DNA of 35,354 nucleotides from Planctomycetota bacterium (GTDB taxonomy: Bacteria; Planctomycetota; Phycisphaerae; SM23-33). Numbering within the stretch: position 1 is the stretch's first letter; each line of letters opens with the position of its first letter. Where the stretch lies: the NCBI GenBank assembly GCA_026693065.1, contig JAPLNA010000203.1, positions 9,144 to 44,497 of the forward strand, given 5' to 3'. A model generated the notes under the pieces. It did not search any database and had not been told where the DNA came from. It saw only the letters and a list, made by a program, of their open reading frames with translations. The translations under genes and the position numbers were made by a program. This document shows, piece after piece, positions 26,929 to 35,354 of this stretch.

Positions 26929-26952
26929 ACTGCTCGCTTCAGCGAGGCAGTC
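26929..26952. terminator. Hairpin gactgctcgcttcagcgaggcagtc between the convergent GH20 and metalloprotease genes (second copy of the 18-mer). It is preceded by a tttccc-cac-gggaaa mini-hairpin
   Basis: Perfect 6-bp outer arms gactgc/gcagtc enclose the palindrome tcgcttcagcga. Both structures are read directly from the sequence. Confidence 0.45.
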
Positions 26953-26982
26953 ATACTACGCGTGTCTCCCTCTCGCCGCCGT

Positions 26983-28287
26983 TCACTTCCCAGACGCCCC
27001 GGCCTCCTTCATGCGGCAGGTGGCGTAGGCCATGTTGCCTTCCACGTCGACGGCCATCACGTTGAACCATTCCTTCTGGCCGTTGAGTTCCTTGCCCGCC
27101 TGGTCGATCGCCATCGTGAAGGTCTTGACGTGCTTCTCGTCGAGGGTTTTGTACAGGGTCGGCTCGCCGCCGGGCATGTAGTAGTAGACCACGGCCAAGT
27201 CGTGCTCGGCGGAAACGTGGATCTGCCCCCCGGCGAACGTCACGCTGACCTTGCCGTCCTTGTAGGTCGCCGGGTCGGGGCTCATGAACCAGCGGTTCCA
27301 GTTCATCAGCGGGCGGTGGACGCCCCAGGAGCTGAGGTCTTTGTCTTCGTGCGGCGCGGCCGCGGGAGTGTCGCGGAACGTGAACACGCGCGAGATGTTC
27401 CCGTAGGCCGACTGGATCACGTTGTTGTGCCCCCCCGGATGCCAGGCCATGTGCATCATGTGCCCCGTTTCGTGGAGCGTCACGCCGACGTATGCCCGGT
27501 ACTGAAGGTGGTCGACGGCGATGGGGCACTCGAGGGCGTCCATGAGATCCCGCACGTGGCTCGGGCCGATCTGCATGATGGTCTTGGAGCCCACCAGGCA
27601 GAAGTTGCCCGAGCTCTGGGCGGCCGCCTTCACCGACGTGAACGCCAGGTGCTTGAGCGTCGGGCGGCGGAACGCCGCGGGGATCTCCTGCTCGACGATC
27701 TCGTAAATCCCCCGCGGCGAGGCGAGCACTTCCTCCCGCGTCATGGGCAGCGTAATCAGCCCGACGTCGGCCTGGCCGTCGGCGTCGTAGAGCGGGTAGA
27801 ACGTCCGCCGGCCGAACCCGTTGCGGTTCATGTCCTCCGCCGACCAGCTCTGCATGAGCTTGATCTGCACGGAGATCTTCTGCTTGTACAGCGGGGTGAT
27901 ATGCGTGTTGAACTCGGGCGAGGCGGGGTCTTCGCCCTTGCACACGACGTACCAGGCCTTGAGGCGGTACTCTTCGCTGGTGGCGGGCTTGTACGTCAGC
28001 GTAAGCTCCCGCGTCCCGTCGGCGTCGCTGATCTTCAGCAGGTTCGTGCCGCTCTTGAGGTCCGCCAGCACGCGGAACCGCGTACCCTCGGTGGTCGCCG
28101 ACGTCTGCACCCCCGTCGTCACCGCCTCCACCAACAGCCTCTTGCCGTCAAACGTCCCGGCCACCAGCACCAGCGGATACCGCAACTCCTGGCCGTCCTT
28201 GACGCTGACAACCTCCACCTTGCCCATGGCCTCCGACGCCGCCGCCATCACCCACGCCGCCAGCAATCCAACCAGGTACGGTTTCAT
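26983..28287 (-). CDS. Secreted zinc metalloprotease (HExxH zincin)
   Basis: The 434-aa protein from ATG at 28287 begins MKPYLVGLLAAWVMAAASEA, a signal peptide. A ribosome-binding site GGAGAAAC is present. It carries the zincin motif TLHETGHMMHM. Confidence 0.78.
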   Translation of the reverse strand: MKPYLVGLLAAWVMAAASEAMGKVEVVSVKDGQELRYPLVLVAGTFDGKRLLVEAVTTGVQTSATTEGTRFRVLADLKSGTNLLKISDADGTRELTLTYKPATSEEYRLKAWYVVCKGEDPASPEFNTHITPLYKQKISVQIKLMQSWSAEDMNRNGFGRRTFYPLYDADGQADVGLITLPMTREEVLASPRGIYEIVEQEIPAAFRRPTLKHLAFTSVKAAAQSSGNFCLVGSKTIMQIGPSHVRDLMDALECPIAVDHLQYRAYVGVTLHETGHMMHMAWHPGGHNNVIQSAYGNISRVFTFRDTPAAAPHEDKDLSSWGVHRPLMNWNRWFMSPDPATYKDGKVSVTFAGGQIHVSAEHDLAVVYYYMPGGEPTLYKTLDEKHVKTFTMAIDQAGKELNGQKEWFNVMAVDVEGNMAYATCRMKEAGASGK

Positions 28288-28347
28288 AGTTGTTTCTCCA
28301 GTGGCGATCTTCTTCTCGTTCACGTGCGTCTCCCGCAACGGGTCACT

Positions 28348-29868
28348 TCAGTGACCAGTTGTATGCGTCAACCGTCGGACCACGACGTTCCGCATAACCC
28401 CCCGGGGCGCGATCCCCTTCGTCCAGATCTCGAACTGGGCGACCGCTTGATTGACGAACATGTCCACGCCCGTGACCGTCGCGCACCCCGCGCGTCGCGC
28501 GCGGGCGAGGAGTTGGGTTTCGATGGGGTTGTAGATGGTGTCGAAGACGACTTTCGTGGACTCAGGGATCGACGTCACCGGACATTCCCCGGTGTTCGGG
28601 CGCATCCCGATCGACGTGCAGTTGATGACGATCTCCGCCTCCCCGCCGATCGCCGCCCCCAGCGGGCCCGCGGTGCAACCGAACTCTTCCGCGAGAAGCT
28701 CCGCCCGGCGAACGGTTCGGTTGAGGATCGCCACGCGGGCGCCGTAGTGTCGCAGGGCCGCGACGATCGCCCTCGCCGCCCCGCCTGCCCCGAGCACGGC
28801 GACGCTGCGCCCGGAAAGCCCCGCCCTCGCAATCCCCATCGCCGCGCAAAGGGCGTCGATGGCGGCGGGGTAGTCGGTGTTGTCGCCTCGGAGGTCGCCC
28901 TCGGGGGAGATCGTGATCGTGTTGACCGCGCCGATCCGCACGGCCAGTTCGTCGCACCGGGCCGCCCCGATATACGCCAGGGCGTTCTCCTTGTGCGGGA
29001 TCGTCACGCTCAGCCCGCGCCAGTCCAGCCAGGGCCGCTCCCGCAGGGCGTCCATGAACCGGTTGAACGGCCCGGCCCCCGGGGGCGTCAGCAGCGGGAC
29101 GTAGACCGCGTCGACGGAGGCCGCCGCGAAGGCGGCGTTATGAATCGCCGGACTCATCGAGTGGGCGATCGGATGCCCGATCACGCCGTAGACCGCCGTC
29201 CGCGGACCGATCGAGTCCCAGCGATAGAGCGTCTTGAATTCCTCGATGGTGGGCTGGCCCGGGGCGGACCCCTCCCCCGCCGACAGGGCGGCAAACGTGC
29301 CGAAGGCGCCGAACTTCTTCGCCACCACGCGGCTGAGCACGCCGGCCTCGCCCATCGCCAGGGCCATGCCGGGGGTTTGTCGCAGCAGGTCGAAGGCGCG
29401 GAGGGCCTCGTCGGGCCCGGCGGGGGTGAAGGCGACCTTGGGCACGTCGCCGGCGGCGGACAGAACTGCAAACAGATTGTCGAGGTCTTGCGGACATCCG
29501 TTGAAGTCGTGCCGGCTGCGAATGAGCCCCCCCCGCACGTCGAGGCGCACGGGCACGTCCTGCTCGAGGTCGACGAAGACGTTGGGGAACTCTCCCGCGT
29601 GGGCCAGCAGGGCCAGGCGGGGCCGCTCATCGCCCGCGTACTTGCCGCCCTCCCGCACGGGCCTGTAGGTGACAATCGCGGGGGTGTCCCCGCCGGCGAG
29701 CATCGCGGCGAGATCCTGTGGCGAAGGAGGTTCGTCGAGGAAGTCCAGGCGGAACTCGACGGCGTCGGCGCCCCGGGCCAGGGCCTGTTCCCGCATGGCG
29801 ATCATCCCCTCGACGGTGTGGGCCGTCAGCGGGCAGATCAGCATCGTCGTGCGGGGGTTGGGTGTCAT
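28348..29868 (-). CDS. aroDE: Bifunctional 3-dehydroquinate dehydratase (type I) / shikimate 5-dehydrogenase
   Basis: It has an N-terminal AroD-type domain (MLICPLTAH...AVEFRLDFL) and a C-terminal AroE domain (SMSPAIHNAAF, VLGAGGAARAIV Rossmann motif). Alternative start at 29844. Confidence 0.88.
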   Translation of the reverse strand: MTPNPRTTMLICPLTAHTVEGMIAMREQALARGADAVEFRLDFLDEPPSPQDLAAMLAGGDTPAIVTYRPVREGGKYAGDERPRLALLAHAGEFPNVFVDLEQDVPVRLDVRGGLIRSRHDFNGCPQDLDNLFAVLSAAGDVPKVAFTPAGPDEALRAFDLLRQTPGMALAMGEAGVLSRVVAKKFGAFGTFAALSAGEGSAPGQPTIEEFKTLYRWDSIGPRTAVYGVIGHPIAHSMSPAIHNAAFAAASVDAVYVPLLTPPGAGPFNRFMDALRERPWLDWRGLSVTIPHKENALAYIGAARCDELAVRIGAVNTITISPEGDLRGDNTDYPAAIDALCAAMGIARAGLSGRSVAVLGAGGAARAIVAALRHYGARVAILNRTVRRAELLAEEFGCTAGPLGAAIGGEAEIVINCTSIGMRPNTGECPVTSIPESTKVVFDTIYNPIETQLLARARRAGCATVTGVDMFVNQAVAQFEIWTKGIAPRGVMRNVVVRRLTHTTGH

Positions 29869-32212
29869 TGAGCCTCGCGCCCGAGACGCTGCCGGCAGCG
29901 GGCGGGCGTCGTTCGGGCATGCCGGGCATCCCGGGCATTCCGGGCATGCCGGGGGTTTCGGTCTTGTCGGGCTTGTCGGACTTCTTGAAGTCCTTCCATG
30001 TCTTGTCCAGTTTCGTCACGTCGGCGGCGGAAATCACCGCCACGCCCTGCACGCCGCTCACCGTCGCATAGCGCCCGCCGGTGGCCGGGCCCCGGTCTGA
30101 CAGACTCATCGTCACAACCAGCCCCTTCGCGTCGGTCAGTTCCACCCGGCGTTTGCCCTGGGCGACGCCGAAGGTGCCCGGGTCGGCGTGGGCGGCGAAC
30201 CGCTCGGCCTTCACGGCGGCGAGGTCCTGGAGGAACTCGCGGATCTTGTCGGCGTCCATGTCCACGTACTTGCCGCCCGTGTACCGCCACCCGGCCTCGG
30301 TGCGGGCCAGTTCGGTCACGTCCTGGTCGCGGAGGATGCGGATCTGCTTGACGGCGTCGGGGGTGATCTTCGTCAGGGTGCGGTCGCGAAGCTCGCCCGT
30401 CAGGTCGGCGTAGAAGGCCTCGGCGAACTCGCCGACGGGCGTGACCGGCCGGCCCTCGGCCCAGGCACGCACCTTGTCGTCGACCTTCACGAGATGGAAG
30501 GTGACGGTCTCGACTTTCTTGGGCACGACCGCCGCCACCAACGCCGGCATCGTGGTCAAGACGGGCATTTCCACGCCCACGCGGATCACGGTGTGGTCTT
30601 TGGCGTTGGCGAGGTTTTCGGGCACGGCCGGGAAGGCCGCGATCCCGTCGGCTCGCACGGTACGCAGGCGGTCCAGGAGTTTGCCGACCTGCTCGGAGTC
30701 GACGGCGGAGGCGATGGGCTTAACCATCGTCCAGCCGTCCCCAGCGGCAGTCAGTTCGACGGAGGCGCCCTCCCGGGTCGTCTGCAACGAGACGATCCGC
30801 CCGCCTTCGGGCAACTGCCAGAGCTGCCTATCCCACAGGCTCCCGTACTCGACGGCGAGAGGTTTGACCTTCTCGGCGGAGACGACGGCGATGGTCTTGC
30901 CGTCGGCGAGCTTGACGAAACGCTTTTCGCCGGTGGAATCGCCGCGCGAGCCGATCAGGACGGTGAGGGTCTTGTCCTTACCGGCCAGCCGCAGTTGGAT
31001 GGTGGCGGCGGGGGCGTCGAACCCGTAGAGGGCCAGGGGGGCCGTCTCGTCGGCGAACTTCTCGGCCTCCAGGTCGCAGAGGGCCTGGAGGAGTTTTTCG
31101 ACGGCGTCGTAGTCGGCCTTGCCGGCCACCGGGGACTGCACGAGCCAATCCCCGGCCTTCTTCTCGAGCTTGCCCTGCCCGATGGTCAGTCCCTCGACGT
31201 CGGCGGGCTTCACGTCCAGCAGGCGCTTGCGGCGGAGGGTCTGCGCGTCGGGGCGAAGGGCCGCCAGAACGTCGGGGGCCACCAGGAACACCTCGTCGCT
31301 GCCTTCGAGCCGGGCGTAGATGTTGGTCTGCCCCTTGGCCCCGAGTACGAGGGTGTAGGCGGGGGCCTCCTGGGCGGCGGGCCCGCTGGCCGGCGCCGTC
31401 GCGGGCGAGAGGGCCTTCATCTCAATCCGCACCTTCGCCTGCGCCGCCTCTCCGGTAAGCCCGTAGGCTTCGAGGCCCTTGCCCTTGCCGGGCACGAAAT
31501 CGACCGCCGAAAGGTTCGCCACCGCGCGAACGATCTTGTTGACGGCGTCCTGGTCGGCCGGGGCGGAGACGGGGGCCAAAAGGGCCCACTTCTCCTCCGG
31601 GCCGCACGAAAGGTCTACCACCCCCGCGCCCGTCGTCAGCGTCACACGGGCGATCTGCTTCTCGTCCAGCCGCAGGATCTTCTTGTCGCGGAACTGGGCG
31701 GCGGAGAGCCCGACGAGTCGGGCCAGGTCGGTCGGCACGACGCCGGCGTTCTTGCCTTCGGCGAGGTAGCAGCCGCCCTGTCCGGGCACGGCGCGGCCGA
31801 CGCCCAACTGGGCAGAGGCCGCGCCGGCCGTCAGGCGGATCGTCCAGGCCGGTTTACTCAGCCCCGTGATCTCGTCGCCTTCGGCGTCGGGGCCTTCGGA
31901 GACGACCGCGCGGTCGAACCGGAGATCCCGGAGTGTGTCGGCCAGGCCGTTCACGACGTCGGGGTCGGCCTTGGCGTCGATGGGCGAGGCGATCCGCCAG
32001 GCGCCGGCGATCTTGACAAGCTGGACGGACTGCCCGCTGGCGGGGACGATCTCGATCTTGGTCAGGGGGGCCAGCTTCAAGTCCAGGACGGCCTGGCCGG
32101 CCAGGACGTCAGCCTTGGGCCGGGGCTTGAACAGGCCCGCCTGGCGGATGGCCACCCACGCCACGACCAGCAGGAACACGCACCCCACGACGATCAGCGA
32201 TCTCGGCTTCAT
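29627..32212 (-). CDS. DUF4340-like large periplasmic protein with an N-terminal membrane anchor and a (PGM)4 repeat. It is the partner of the upstream GldG-like gene. Its last 80 or so codons overlap aroDE in another frame, so the 3' end is uncertain
   Basis: The track ORF is 861 aa. It has a signal-anchor MKPRSLIVVGCVFLLVVAWVAI and a repetitive beta-rich body. It sits immediately downstream of a GldG-like gene, the typical DUF4340 context. The arginine-rich tail after PGMPGMPGMPGMP looks like an out-of-frame read-through. Confidence 0.55.
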   Translation of the reverse strand: MKPRSLIVVGCVFLLVVAWVAIRQAGLFKPRPKADVLAGQAVLDLKLAPLTKIEIVPASGQSVQLVKIAGAWRIASPIDAKADPDVVNGLADTLRDLRFDRAVVSEGPDAEGDEITGLSKPAWTIRLTAGAASAQLGVGRAVPGQGGCYLAEGKNAGVVPTDLARLVGLSAAQFRDKKILRLDEKQIARVTLTTGAGVVDLSCGPEEKWALLAPVSAPADQDAVNKIVRAVANLSAVDFVPGKGKGLEAYGLTGEAAQAKVRIEMKALSPATAPASGPAAQEAPAYTLVLGAKGQTNIYARLEGSDEVFLVAPDVLAALRPDAQTLRRKRLLDVKPADVEGLTIGQGKLEKKAGDWLVQSPVAGKADYDAVEKLLQALCDLEAEKFADETAPLALYGFDAPAATIQLRLAGKDKTLTVLIGSRGDSTGEKRFVKLADGKTIAVVSAEKVKPLAVEYGSLWDRQLWQLPEGGRIVSLQTTREGASVELTAAGDGWTMVKPIASAVDSEQVGKLLDRLRTVRADGIAAFPAVPENLANAKDHTVIRVGVEMPVLTTMPALVAAVVPKKVETVTFHLVKVDDKVRAWAEGRPVTPVGEFAEAFYADLTGELRDRTLTKITPDAVKQIRILRDQDVTELARTEAGWRYTGGKYVDMDADKIREFLQDLAAVKAERFAAHADPGTFGVAQGKRRVELTDAKGLVVTMSLSDRGPATGGRYATVSGVQGVAVISAADVTKLDKTWKDFKKSDKPDKTETPGMPGMPGMPGMPERRPPAAGSVSGARLNDTQPPHDDADLPADGPHRRGDDRHAGTGPGPGRRRRRVPPGLPRRTSFATGSRRDARRRGHPRDCHLQARAGGRQVRGR

Positions 32213-32253
32213 CTGTGTGCTACTCCGGCAAGTTCAGGGTTCAGGGCCCGAGC

Positions 32254-35200
32254 CTATCGGCTGCGGGCGTAAAGGACGACGCCTCCGGCGACCAGGACGG
32301 CCGCGGGCAGGCCCAGAACGCACAGCAGCCACATCCACGTCATGCCCGCCGGGGCGACCGCTCGCATGGGTTCGGTGCGGCTGGGGGCGGAGATCCAATG
32401 CAATCGCCCGCTGAGCCAGTAGGCGGAATTGACGACCAACTCGGCGTCGATCCGGGGGGCCGGGCCGGGCTGGAACGTCCCGCCCTCGCCGACCTGGGGG
32501 ACCGGCTGGGCCAGGTAGGAGTCCACCAGCGACAGCCCGGTCGACATGACGACGATCTGCCCCGCGGGAGTCTTCTTGTCCGGGTTCTCCTTTCGGACAA
32601 CCAGGACCGCCGTCGTGAACGGGCCGCGAGGGTCGTCCTTCCCGGGTGAGAGACGCCCATCCTGCCGCTTGAATTCATTGATCAGGGCGAGCAGATCGTT
32701 GTTGGCCCAGAGCCCCGGGGCGGGCGGAACGGTCATCAGCGGCTTCTGCTCCAGCCGCTCCAGGCGGGCCAGACGCTCCTCCAGCTCGCGCCGGCGGGAC
32801 TGGACCTCGCCGGGCGGGTCGGACCGGGCGGGAAGGCTGAGCAGTTCCTCTCGGGTATCGGCCAGCACGGTATCCTTCAGCATCAGGGGGCAGAGGTTCT
32901 GCCAGAGAGTCCGAAGCCCTCGCAGGGGCTTGGAGATGGCATGATCCGCCGAGAAGTCGACGGCGGACATGTAGCTGAGCGAAGTGGCCACCTGGAACAG
33001 CCCGGGCCGTTCCGGGTCGGGCACGCCACAGACAATCCACGAGTCGGAGGCGGGCTTGACGCCCCAGTCGTTAATCAGATACTCGCTCAAGGCCAGCGGG
33101 GGGGAACCCAGCTTCTCGGCGGGAAGATAGCGGGCCATCATGGAGGGGCGGGGCTGGACAAAGTGCGCCAGGAAGATCGCGGGAATGCCCGAGTCGATCT
33201 TGTCCTTCAGGAGGCGTTCCTGGGCCGGGCCCAACGCCATCGGCCCCTGCCGCAGCATCGGCAGCACCAGGAGAATCCGCGACCGCGGGGCGGGGGTCGT
33301 GGCCGGGTTGCTGCCGGGCAGCGGCGCCTTGGCCGGCTCGTCGGGCATCGGGTCGACGAGGTTCCACTTCTTGACCTCGAAGTTGGCCAGCTCCAGCCGC
33401 TCGGTCAGTTTGCTCAGGTCGTTGACCTCTCGCCCGCGATTGCTGCCCGATACGTTGATGTCGTCGGGCGGGTTGCCCTGCCCCATCTGCTGGGCCTGAG
33501 GGGGCAGCCTGGGCTCGAAGTAGGTCAGCAGCACCGTGGCGAAGGGCTCCTTATGAACCAGGCGGATCAGGTACGACCGGATCGCCGCGTCGCCGTCGAA
33601 AAGCCGCGGGCGATCCTGATCCTTATCTTTCGCCGTCGAGGAATCATTGACCTCCGGCCAGACCTTGTCAAAGCCGACCACGTCGACCTTGTCACCGGCC
33701 TCGACGATCACGATGTTGTCCTCTTTGAGCTGGTCGATGATCCCGCGCCCCTTTTGCTCGGGCAGGGCCTTGAGCCGGGCCATCAGATCCCCCAACGGCT
33801 TGGCCAGGGCGCCGAACACCTCGCCCTTGGCCGCGGCGTCGAGGAACGCCTTGTCGGGGGCCGCGGGCGCGGCCACCTGACCCAGCCGCTTGTCCAGGAA
33901 CTGCCCCATCGAGGCGGCCTGGGTCTCCACCTCGGCCATGACCTTGGCCAGATTACCCACGGCCTGGACGTAGACGTCGGGCTGGGGCTGTTTGGCCGCT
34001 TCGAGGGCGGTGTCGGCCAACTTGAGCATGCCGGGAACCTGGAGGCTCCGGCACAACTCGCCGAAAGGAATCCCGAACCCCTGGACGGGCACGCCGAGCA
34101 GCCGGCAATCGGCCACGGTGGCCCGGTTGGCCTCGCCGGCCATGTCGTCCAACTGGTCGGCGGCCTTGGCGAGGGCATCGGCGGCCTTGCGCATCTCGGG
34201 GGCGAAGGCCTCCAAGGCCTTGCGCGCCTGCTCGGGCGTGGGGGTTCCCCCCGGCAGGGCCGCCCGGGCGCCCTGGAGGGCCGTCTGGGCCTGGGCGAAC
34301 GTCTGGAGAATCGCCCCGCGCTGCCGGGCGGCGCCCTCGGCCACCGCGGCGACGGCCTTGAGCCACGCCTCGTTGTCCGTCACCACCTTCTGCAACGTCT
34401 TGAGGAGATCCTGCACCTGCTCGATCAAGGGGGCGTTGTCGATCATCGCCTTGTCGAAGGGCTGGGTCTGGAGTTTCTTCTGCATGTCCTGCAGGGCCTG
34501 GACGCCCCCGCCCAGGCTGTCGCGGATCGAGGCCCCTTCCCCCCAGTTGAACACGTAGGATTCCTCGGGCATGGCCGTCCAGACCGCCTGAATCGCTTCG
34601 GTCTCCTTGATCAACTCCGGCAGCACGCGCTTGGTCTCGTCGAGCAGTTGGTTCCGCTCGGTGTTCATCGAGCTCAGCGAGGCGCGGATCCTCGCCAGCA
34701 CCCGGGCCTTGCCCGCGTCGGTCGTCACGTTCTCGATGTCGACGGCCTTGGGATTGGCCTCGCGAATCTCCTGCAGCAGATCCCACGTGTCGCCGCGAAA
34801 GAAGTCGCTTCGCTTGGCCTTGTCGCTGGAGGCGTACAGGCAGGTCAGGCGGACCTTGCCGGCGCCCTGGAGCAGGCGGGCGGCGGCCTGGCGGGTGGCG
34901 TCGGTCATGCCCGTCTGCGAATAGGCCGACAGGTCCTTGGTGTAGTAGTCCATCTGCGTGACCATGATAACGACGATGGCCACCACGACCGCCGCGGCGG
35001 AAGCCAGCGTGACCATCGAGCCGTAGCGCAGCCTCGAGTCGGCCGCCGAGGCCTGCATCAGCAGCGTCAGGCACAGGGCCGAGACGGCGATGACGGGCGC
35101 CAGGATCGCCGCCGGGTGCACGGGATAGGCCACCGCGAACCACGCGGGGGTTCCCCACAGGACGGCGTGAAGGGCGACAACGAGGGCCCCGCCCAGCAGC

Positions 35201-35292
35201 AACGCCCAGAAGAGCAGCAGTTCCAGGGGCGCCCAGGCCGCCCCGCGGAGCATCTGCACGGCCAGCATGGCCACCAGCGCCAGCAGCGCCAC
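32254..35292 (-). CDS. GldG-like ABC-transporter auxiliary component (ABC_transp_aux family). It is large, with N-terminal polytopic membrane segments (possibly a permease fusion) and a C-terminal transmembrane anchor. Its 5' end probably lies beyond the window
   Basis: The protein is 1012 aa or longer. It has N-terminal hydrophobic helices, a long coiled-coil insert, a GldG-like core and a C-terminal anchor MTWMWLLCVLGLPAAVLVAGGVVLYARS. The ORF is open to within 60 nt of the window edge. Confidence 0.5.
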   Translation of the reverse strand: MALLALVAMLAVQMLRGAAWAPLELLLFWALLLGGALVVALHAVLWGTPAWFAVAYPVHPAAILAPVIAVSALCLTLLMQASAADSRLRYGSMVTLASAAAVVVAIVVIMVTQMDYYTKDLSAYSQTGMTDATRQAAARLLQGAGKVRLTCLYASSDKAKRSDFFRGDTWDLLQEIREANPKAVDIENVTTDAGKARVLARIRASLSSMNTERNQLLDETKRVLPELIKETEAIQAVWTAMPEESYVFNWGEGASIRDSLGGGVQALQDMQKKLQTQPFDKAMIDNAPLIEQVQDLLKTLQKVVTDNEAWLKAVAAVAEGAARQRGAILQTFAQAQTALQGARAALPGGTPTPEQARKALEAFAPEMRKAADALAKAADQLDDMAGEANRATVADCRLLGVPVQGFGIPFGELCRSLQVPGMLKLADTALEAAKQPQPDVYVQAVGNLAKVMAEVETQAASMGQFLDKRLGQVAAPAAPDKAFLDAAAKGEVFGALAKPLGDLMARLKALPEQKGRGIIDQLKEDNIVIVEAGDKVDVVGFDKVWPEVNDSSTAKDKDQDRPRLFDGDAAIRSYLIRLVHKEPFATVLLTYFEPRLPPQAQQMGQGNPPDDINVSGSNRGREVNDLSKLTERLELANFEVKKWNLVDPMPDEPAKAPLPGSNPATTPAPRSRILLVLPMLRQGPMALGPAQERLLKDKIDSGIPAIFLAHFVQPRPSMMARYLPAEKLGSPPLALSEYLINDWGVKPASDSWIVCGVPDPERPGLFQVATSLSYMSAVDFSADHAISKPLRGLRTLWQNLCPLMLKDTVLADTREELLSLPARSDPPGEVQSRRRELEERLARLERLEQKPLMTVPPAPGLWANNDLLALINEFKRQDGRLSPGKDDPRGPFTTAVLVVRKENPDKKTPAGQIVVMSTGLSLVDSYLAQPVPQVGEGGTFQPGPAPRIDAELVVNSAYWLSGRLHWISAPSRTEPMRAVAPAGMTWMWLLCVLGLPAAVLVAGGVVLYARSR

Positions 35293-35354
35293 CCAAATGC
35301 AGGCGTAGAGGGCCTGGCCGAAGTCCGTCGCTCCCCCGGCCAGCCGAATGACCA

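Noticed and set aside
24979-32272. Very long antisense ORFs 24979..26844 (621 aa), 26962..29871 (969 aa) and 30188..32272 (694 aa)
   Set aside because: They are antisense to GH20, the metalloprotease, aroDE and the DUF4340 protein. Their composition is low-complexity glycine/arginine/aspartate.

Overview
This is a 35.4 kb window of a high-GC (about 68%) bacterial chromosome with dense, mostly housekeeping gene content. The PEP-CTERM protein, the GldG-like/DUF4340 pair, the RGG-tailed PNPase and the promoters and ribosome-binding sites point to a Gram-negative, possibly Planctomycetota-like organism; that placement is inference only.

Recognisable genes, minus strand unless marked (+):
- An operon mntA, hepT-like fragment, fmt, rsmB, smpB (3861 down to 546).
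- A lipoprotein gene followed by a stand-alone topoisomerase VI subunit B gene (top6B) with a lysine-rich N-terminal tail (+).
- An NfeD-flotillin pair (+).
- A DUF2203 gene convergent with truB (+).
- aroA.
- A single-domain response regulator, rpsO, pnp and a small histidine kinase in series (+).
- Two LptF/LptG-family permeases and an MFS transporter (+).
- A PEP-CTERM secreted protein and two hypothetical membrane proteins.
- A secreted GH20 hexosaminidase with a discoidin domain (+), convergent with a secreted HExxH zinc protease.
- An aroD/aroE fusion, a DUF4340 protein and a large GldG-like protein that runs off the window end.

Structure not explained by those genes:
1. A MNT/HepT-type toxin-antitoxin pair sits at the head of the fmt operon, where def would normally be. 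Its HepT partner is only 65 aa and looks truncated.
2. Two copies of a long palindromic element of about 120-165 bp, built from CACAAAG/CTTTGTG 9-bp periodic repeats, bracket the DUF2203-truB pair.
3. pnp is broken by an imperfect 59/60-nt tandem duplication with a 1-nt loss in a C-run. This is probably a strain-collapse assembly artifact, or else a genuine pseudogene.
4. A cluster of G6/C6-rich nested hairpins lies in the aroA/response-regulator divergent spacer.
5. A perfect 15-bp palindrome sits on the aroA ribosome-binding region.
6. A GGAAC x3 / GTTCC x3 inverted array and a recurring GAGGAACTGGGAAC 14-mer occur in two intergenic regions.
7. An exact 18-mer hairpin, GACTGCTCGCTTCAGCGA, recurs at two gene ends.
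8. Homopolymer G10/C10 tracts occur at 6321 and 22331.
9. Three textbook TTGACA-N17/18-TAnnnT promoters, and a fourth on the minus strand implying a leaderless mntA transcript.
10. The DUF4340 and aroDE reading frames overlap by 241 nt on the same strand.

I found no tRNA, rRNA or CRISPR. Most long alternate-frame ORFs in the supplied track are high-GC artefacts.
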